From positions 3,584,001-3,648,000 of the forward strand of contig OY969696.1 in NCBI GenBank assembly GCA_963702005.1: DNA of 64,000 nucleotides, given 5' to 3'. The first letter of the stretch is position 1; every line of letters starts with the position of its first letter. The notes below the pieces were generated by a model that did no database searches, was not told where the DNA came from, and saw only the letters and a list, made by a program, of their open reading frames with translations. The DNA is from Candidatus Aminicenantes bacterium (GTDB lineage Bacteria; Acidobacteriota; Aminicenantia; Aminicenantales; JAFGBC01). Both the position numbers and the translations under genes were made by a program. Positions 58,803 to 64,000 of the stretch are shown piece by piece.

Positions 58803-59543
58803 CTACCAGGAGCCCGAGGCCCCGCCGCCGCCCGATCGGCCTCCCCCGCCGCGGAATCCCCCTCCTCCGCCGCCCCCGCCCCGGCCCCCGGACAGGATGG
58901 AAAAGAGGAGCCAGAGGGCCAAGGAGGGATTGGTGATGAACAGGATGAGAAACCCGATGACGGCCAGGATGATGAAGATTTTATTGACGGAAGACAGCGG
59001 CTTGGACTTGACGCCCTCGCCGCCCGCTTCGGCGGATTGCCCCTGGGGCCCGGCGATGGCGTCGAGAACGCCCGTCACGGCCTCGGTCACGGCCCGGTCA
59101 TTGTCGCCGGCCTGGATGCCCGGGACAAGGATATCGTTGATGATCCGTCCCGCGATGATGTCGGGGACGACCCCTTCCAGGCCGTAGCCGACTTCGATTC
59201 GCGCCCTCCGGTCCTCGGCCATGATGAACAGGACGAGGCCGTCGTCGAGGCCGCGCCGTCCCACCTGCCAGGCCTTGAAGACGCGGACCGCCCAGTCCTC
59301 GATCGGGACGCCGCCCGTCGTCCGACCGATGTAGACTAGGATTTGATGGCCGGTCGAACGCTCGAAGGATTCGAGCCGCGCGTCGAGGTCGGCCCGCGTC
59401 GCGGCGGAAATGAACCCGGCCTCATCCGTCACCCAGCGGTCGGGCGAGGGCGGGAGGGGCGTTTCCTGGGCGGCAGACCCGGCCAAGGGGACGAGGACGA
59501 GAACCGCCCCGGCCAGGATCGAAAAGACGCGCCGCGGACGCAC
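58803..59543 (-). CDS. TPM domain membrane protein (YgcG-like)
   Basis: VTDEAG and RIEVGYGLEG motifs; Gly-rich tail GGGGASGSW. Confidence 0.9.
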   Translation of the reverse strand: MRPRRVFSILAGAVLVLVPLAGSAAQETPLPPSPDRWVTDEAGFISAATRADLDARLESFERSTGHQILVYIGRTTGGVPIEDWAVRVFKAWQVGRRGLDDGLVLFIMAEDRRARIEVGYGLEGVVPDIIAGRIINDILVPGIQAGDNDRAVTEAVTGVLDAIAGPQGQSAEAGGEGVKSKPLSSVNKIFIILAVIGFLILFITNPSLALWLLFSILSGGRGGGGGGGGFRGGGGRSGGGGASGSW

Positions 59544-59570
59544 AGATAAGACTCGGCTAAATCAGTCTGA

Positions 59571-60179
59571 TCAGAACTTAACCTTGGGAGCCGTCTCTGC
59601 GCCCGCCTGGGCCTGGAAGAAGGCCTTTTCCTTGAATTTTTCGCCGAAGAATCCGGCAATCAAGACGGTGGGAAATTTGTTACGCTTCGTATTGAAGGCC
59701 TGGGCCGTCTCGTTGAAGCGCTGGCGCTCGACGGCGATCCGGTTCTCGGTCCCCTCGAGCTGGACCTGGAGGTCCCGGAAGTTTTGGGTCGCCTTGAGCT
59801 CGGGATACTTCTCGACGACGACCAGTAGCCTCGACAGGGCCGAACCCAAGCCGTCCTGGGCCGCCTGGAACTTGGCGAAGGCCTCGGGATTATTGACGAT
59901 GCTCTCGTCCAACTTGACCTGGCCGACCTTGGCCCGGGCTTCGGTTACGGCCGTGAAAGTGTCCTTCTCGAAGGCGGCGGCGCCCTTGACGGTCTCGACC
60001 AGGTTGGGTACGAGGTCGGCCCGCCTCTGGTAGACGTTTTCAACCTGGGCCCACTGGGAGCGGACGCCCTGGTCCAGCGTCACCAGCGAGTTATAGGTCC
60101 CGGCGACGCTGAAGCCGATGATGATGAGGAGCAGCACCAGGACGCCCAAACAACCGAGGAGAGTTTTGCTCTTTGCCAT
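59571..60179 (-). CDS. lemA: LemA family protein
   Basis: YQRRADLVPNLV, YPELKA and LEGTENRIAVER motifs. Confidence 0.93.
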   Translation of the reverse strand: MAKSKTLLGCLGVLVLLLIIIGFSVAGTYNSLVTLDQGVRSQWAQVENVYQRRADLVPNLVETVKGAAAFEKDTFTAVTEARAKVGQVKLDESIVNNPEAFAKFQAAQDGLGSALSRLLVVVEKYPELKATQNFRDLQVQLEGTENRIAVERQRFNETAQAFNTKRNKFPTVLIAGFFGEKFKEKAFFQAQAGAETAPKVKF

Positions 60180-60311
60180 GGTCTGTGTTTCCTTTCCTCC
60201 TGAAGTTCTCGACCCGAAGTCGAATTCATTGTATCGGGAACCCGCCCCGAATTCAAGGCGGCGTTCCCGCCGGGCCGCCTTTGTTGTTATACGCGAAAAA
60301 CCGGGATTTGT

Positions 60312-61451
60312 TTATTTCCAGATGATCCTGTACCTCTTGACGAGAGGGATGTCCTCGTCGCCTTCGTTGGCCCATGTGTATATACTGTCGTTCTTAATGA
60401 CTTCAACCCGTTCCCGTTCATCCAGCGGGAATCTGGAGATATAGCGCCCCTCCGGATCGAAGACATCAAAATAGGTTCCGCCCTTGCCGTCCTTTTCATA
60501 GGTCTTAACATATATTTTGCCGACGTCATCGCTCACAATCCGGGAAGCGACGGGATATTGCCCCGGGAATTCATATTGAACTTGAATCCCGCCCGACCGG
60601 GACCGCTCTTCCTTCAAGATTTTTTCTTTATCCGCGTCCGTAATCTTGACGGATGGATGGTCCTTGAGGATTCGTTTGACCGTGACGCCCTTTGCGTTCA
60701 CGACATGGATATCGTAGGCCGAGGTATGGAGCCATATGAATTCGTCGTTTTTCGACACGGCGAAAATGCAGGTGGGAGCGAACGGATTCATCATCCCACG
60801 CTTTCCGATCGCCTGAGCGGAATGATAATTGGCGATCGGTTTGAAGGACGCGTCGAGCTTTATCAATTCCTCAAGCCCCTTAGGATCCCGGCTCATCTTA
60901 AGCAGATAAATATCCCCCTTGGAATCCATAATAAAATATCCCATCGGAAGACGACCCGCGTCTACAGTCTTCAGGACCGTTCCCTCGGGCGTCAGATAGG
61001 TCAAGCGGCGGCTCAGGACGTCGTAGACGACGAGGTCTCCATTCGGCCTGATCCAGATCTGGCCCGGCCCGCTGTATTCCCCCGGCCCCTGCCCGCTCTT
61101 ACCGAAGGCTCGCAGGAACCTCCCCTTAGGATCGAAGACTCTGATTATTATTGATTTAGGGTCTATGGTGTAAATATTTCCGTCCTCATCGACGGCCAGA
61201 GAGTTCAGCCAAGAGAACCAATAATTTTCTTTGTCCTGATTTCGTCCGATGACAAGCTCTTCCACGATGGAAGCGGTTGAACGATATCCCGGAGGCGGGA
61301 CGGGAAGGTTGGGATTTCGGACAACAGTCACCCCGTCTTCGGTCTTGACGCTTATGGCCTGAGGCCGCAGGATAGCGGGCTCCAACAGGACCTCGACTAA
61401 GACGATCGCTGAGATCCCAATTCGGCAGCAAGCCAGGAATCGTCTATTCAT
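60312..61451 (-). CDS. Secreted 6-bladed (NHL-like) beta-propeller
   Basis: GKSGQGPGEY, VDEDGNIY and DVFDPEGRY motifs. Confidence 0.8.
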   Translation of the reverse strand: MNRRFLACCRIGISAIVLVEVLLEPAILRPQAISVKTEDGVTVVRNPNLPVPPPGYRSTASIVEELVIGRNQDKENYWFSWLNSLAVDEDGNIYTIDPKSIIIRVFDPKGRFLRAFGKSGQGPGEYSGPGQIWIRPNGDLVVYDVLSRRLTYLTPEGTVLKTVDAGRLPMGYFIMDSKGDIYLLKMSRDPKGLEELIKLDASFKPIANYHSAQAIGKRGMMNPFAPTCIFAVSKNDEFIWLHTSAYDIHVVNAKGVTVKRILKDHPSVKITDADKEKILKEERSRSGGIQVQYEFPGQYPVASRIVSDDVGKIYVKTYEKDGKGGTYFDVFDPEGRYISRFPLDERERVEVIKNDSIYTWANEGDEDIPLVKRYRIIWK

Positions 61452-61622
61452 GGATTACCCTCCAATTTCCTTGCCATCGTCCCCTTGCCTTTAACACAGG
61501 GATATCAATTACTTAGTCCCATTTTGAAGATAATGTCAAGACGAACCTGAATTCATGTAAAATATCCCCATGAATCGGCCGCAACGGCCAAAATCGGCGC
61601 GCTCTTCGAAGGGAGTCTCATT

Positions 61623-64000
61623 ATGAACATGTTGAAATCCTTATTTTCTGCTTTTCTAATCTTTATCGCGGCCGCGGCCGGCCCGGCCGCCGCCGGCCCC
61701 GCGTCTTCTGAAAGTCTGGAGAGGATATCGCTTGACGGAGCCTGGGAATTCAAGAATATCAAGGACGCCGCCTGGCGCCCGGCCGTCGTCCCCGGCTGCG
61801 TCCACACCGACCTCCTGGCGGCGGGCCTCATCCCCGATCCTTTCATCGGGGACAATGAAAATAAAGTCCAGTGGGTCGACAAGGAGGACTGGGAATACCG
61901 GAGGACGTTCGAGGTCTCGCCCACCCTTCTCGCCCGCGGCCATATCGAGCTCGTCGCCCGCGGCCTGGACACCTACGCCCATATTTATCTCAACGGCCAC
62001 CTGCTCGCCGAGACGAACAACCAGTTCCGCCTCTGGCGTTTCGACGTCAAGCCCTTACTCGCCGCCGGCGAGAATGAGATTCGGATCGTCTTCGATTCGC
62101 CGCTGAGGCGTGAAAACGAGCTCAAGGGCCGCCTTCCCTACCGGCTCCCGGGCGAGGCGCCCCACTCCCGGAAATCGCCCTATCATTTCGGCTGGGACTG
62201 GGGGCCGCGGCTGACGACGAGCGGGGTGTGGCGGCCGATCGGGCTCGAAGCCTGGGACGGCGCGAGGATCGAGGACGTCCAGGTCCTTCAGGAACCCAAG
62301 CCGAAAGGCGTCGTCGACCTCCGCATCCGCGTTCAGGTCCTTTCCGACCTGGCCCAGGATCTCGCCCTCAAGGCGGTTCTGTCCGGGCCTCAAGCGCTCG
62401 ACAAGAGTCTCAAGATCCGCGTTCCGCAGGGGGAGTCGTGGCACGAGGTCCTGCTCAGCCTCAAGAAGCCGGCCCTGTGGTGGCCGAACGGAATGGGCGG
62501 ACAGCCCCTCTATACGGCGGCGGCCGCGCTCAGCCGCAGCACGGCTCTCCTCGACGCCGGCTCGCGCCGGATCGGAATCCGGACCCTGACTCTGGAACAA
62601 AAGCCCGACGAGTGGGGAACGAGTTTCTATTTCGCCGTGAACGGCGTCCCCCTCTTCGCCAAGGGCGGAAACTGGATCCCGGCCGATAGCTTCGCCGGCC
62701 GCGTCACGCCCGATAAATACCGCCGGCTGCTCGGCTCCTGCCGCGAGGCCAATATGAACATGGTCCGGGTTTGGGGCGGCGGCTACTACGAGAATCCCGA
62801 GTTCTACGACCTGTGCGACGAGCTGGGCCTCCTCGTCTGGCAGGACTTCATGTTCGCTTGCGCCCTCTTCCCGGGCGACCAGGCCTTCCTCGACAACGTC
62901 AAGCTCGAAGCCGAGGACGTCGTCCGCGCCCTCCGCCATCACCCCTCGATCGCGCTCTGGTGCGGGAACAACGAGTGCGAGGAGGGCTGGTTTTTTTGGG
63001 GTTGGAAGGAAACGCTCCCGGCCAAGGTCTTCGAGGATTATCAAAAAATATTCGACGGCATCCTCCCCAAGGCCGTGGCCGATTTTGACCCGGGACGGCC
63101 CTACTGGCCCAGCTCGCCCCACTCGACCCAAACCGGAGATCCCCGCTCGGAGCGCTCCGGCGACATGCACGTCTGGACGGTCTGGCACGGGATGGAGCCG
63201 TTCTCGGGATACACCAAGAAAGGCCACCGCTTTATGAGCGAGTTCGGTTTCCAGAGCTTCCCCCTGCTCGAGACGGTCAAAGCCTACGCCGCTCCCGAGG
63301 ATTGGAACCTGACCTCGCCGATCATGGAGCTCCACCAGAAGCACCCGACCGGGAACAAGCTCATCCTCTACTACATGCTCGACCACTACCGGCTCCCCAA
63401 GGACTTTCCCTCCCTCCTCTGGCTGAGCCAAGTCCTCCAGGCCGAGGGGATGAAGACGGCCGTCGAATACTGGCGGAGCGTAATGCCCCGGACCATGGGC
63501 GCCCTCTACTGGCAGCTCGACGACTGCTGGCCGGTCGCCTCCTGGTCGGGAATGGATTATTTCGGGCGTTGGAAGGCTCTCCATTTCTATGCCAAGAGGT
63601 TCTACGCGCCGCTCATCGTCGTGCCCCGGGTCCGTGAGGGCCGGCTCGAAGTCAGCGCCGTCTCCGACCTCGACGCCGAGACCGACGCCGAGTTCGTTTG
63701 GCAGGCCGGGACTTACGAGGGCCGCGTCCTCGTCTCGGGGAGCGAGCCCGTCCGCGTCAAGCCCCGGGCGAGCGCCGTCGTTTGGGCGCGACCGGTCGCG
63801 GAGCTCAAGGGAGGCCTCGCCGACGAAGAGGTCTATTTCGCCTGCGAAATCGTCCGGAAGGGAGAACGGCTCAACGCCAACGCGTTCCACTTCTCGGAGC
63901 TCAAGCGGGTCCGCCTCCCCAAGCCCCAGATCCGTTTCGAAGTCCGGGCCGAAGGCTCCTCCATCAAGATTGACCTCGATAGCTCTGTCTTCGCCAAGGA
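61623..64000 (+). CDS. GH2 beta-mannosidase, runs off the right edge; not in the ORF track
   Basis: Manual translation: signal peptide, VPGCVHTDL, FGWDWGP, KGGNWIP, RVWGGG, WQDFMF, WCGNNE and SEFGFQS motifs. Confidence 0.92.
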   Translation, partial: MNMLKSLFSAFLIFIAAAAGPAAAGPASSESLERISLDGAWEFKNIKDAAWRPAVVPGCVHTDLLAAGLIPDPFIGDNENKVQWVDKEDWEYRRTFEVSPTLLARGHIELVARGLDTYAHIYLNGHLLAETNNQFRLWRFDVKPLLAAGENEIRIVFDSPLRRENELKGRLPYRLPGEAPHSRKSPYHFGWDWGPRLTTSGVWRPIGLEAWDGARIEDVQVLQEPKPKGVVDLRIRVQVLSDLAQDLALKAVLSGPQALDKSLKIRVPQGESWHEVLLSLKKPALWWPNGMGGQPLYTAAAALSRSTALLDAGSRRIGIRTLTLEQKPDEWGTSFYFAVNGVPLFAKGGNWIPADSFAGRVTPDKYRRLLGSCREANMNMVRVWGGGYYENPEFYDLCDELGLLVWQDFMFACALFPGDQAFLDNVKLEAEDVVRALRHHPSIALWCGNNECEEGWFFWGWKETLPAKVFEDYQKIFDGILPKAVADFDPGRPYWPSSPHSTQTGDPRSERSGDMHVWTVWHGMEPFSGYTKKGHRFMSEFGFQSFPLLETVKAYAAPEDWNLTSPIMELHQKHPTGNKLILYYMLDHYRLPKDFPSLLWLSQVLQAEGMKTAVEYWRSVMPRTMGALYWQLDDCWPVASWSGMDYFGRWKALHFYAKRFYAPLIVVPRVREGRLEVSAVSDLDAETDAEFVWQAGTYEGRVLVSGSEPVRVKPRASAVVWARPVAELKGGLADEEVYFACEIVRKGERLNANAFHFSELKRVRLPKPQIRFEVRAEGSSIKIDLDSSVFAK

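Noticed and set aside
62055-63890. Long ORF-track entries antisense to real genes (e.g. 62055..63890, 5152..6777, 16796..18115, 28603..30057, 149..649)
   Set aside because: Shadow ORFs caused by high GC3 codon bias; the opposite strand carries recognisable proteins.
1-64000. CRISPR arrays, rRNA, tRNA (including tRNA-Sec) and sel genes
   Set aside because: None recognised by eye. The Sec machinery required by the top findings would have to lie outside this window.

Overview
GC-rich bacterial chromosomal window. Its gene content (many secreted beta-propellers and glycosidases, an HTH-TM-TPR sensor, Tat substrates) suggests an anaerobic Acidobacteriota/Aminicenantia-like organism; this is an inference. 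Most genes are housekeeping, peptidase or CAZyme genes. The window also holds an IS110/IS1111 transposase at the left edge, a decayed Rhs orphan toxin/immunity island with toxin-antitoxin genes and IS21 debris (~22.0-28.6 kb), and a ybhGFSR-like ABC/TolC efflux operon. The main signal is hidden UGA recoding. (1) Two tandem secreted Asp-box/BNR beta-propeller paralogs, each split in two by the ORF track, carry an in-frame TGA at the same aligned position. Each TGA is followed by a nearly identical SECIS-like hairpin and preceded by a conserved Cys 23 residues upstream, making them candidate exported selenoproteins. (2) A short leader ORF with its own UGA plus SECIS-like hairpin, followed by an 11-bp SD-sequestering stem, lies upstream of a fused activase/double-cubane reductase gene, making it a candidate selenocysteine-sensing translational attenuator. 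A membrane HTH-TPR sensor, small peptide and radical SAM/SPASM cassette with a candidate sRNA is also notable. No rRNA, tRNA or CRISPR array was seen.
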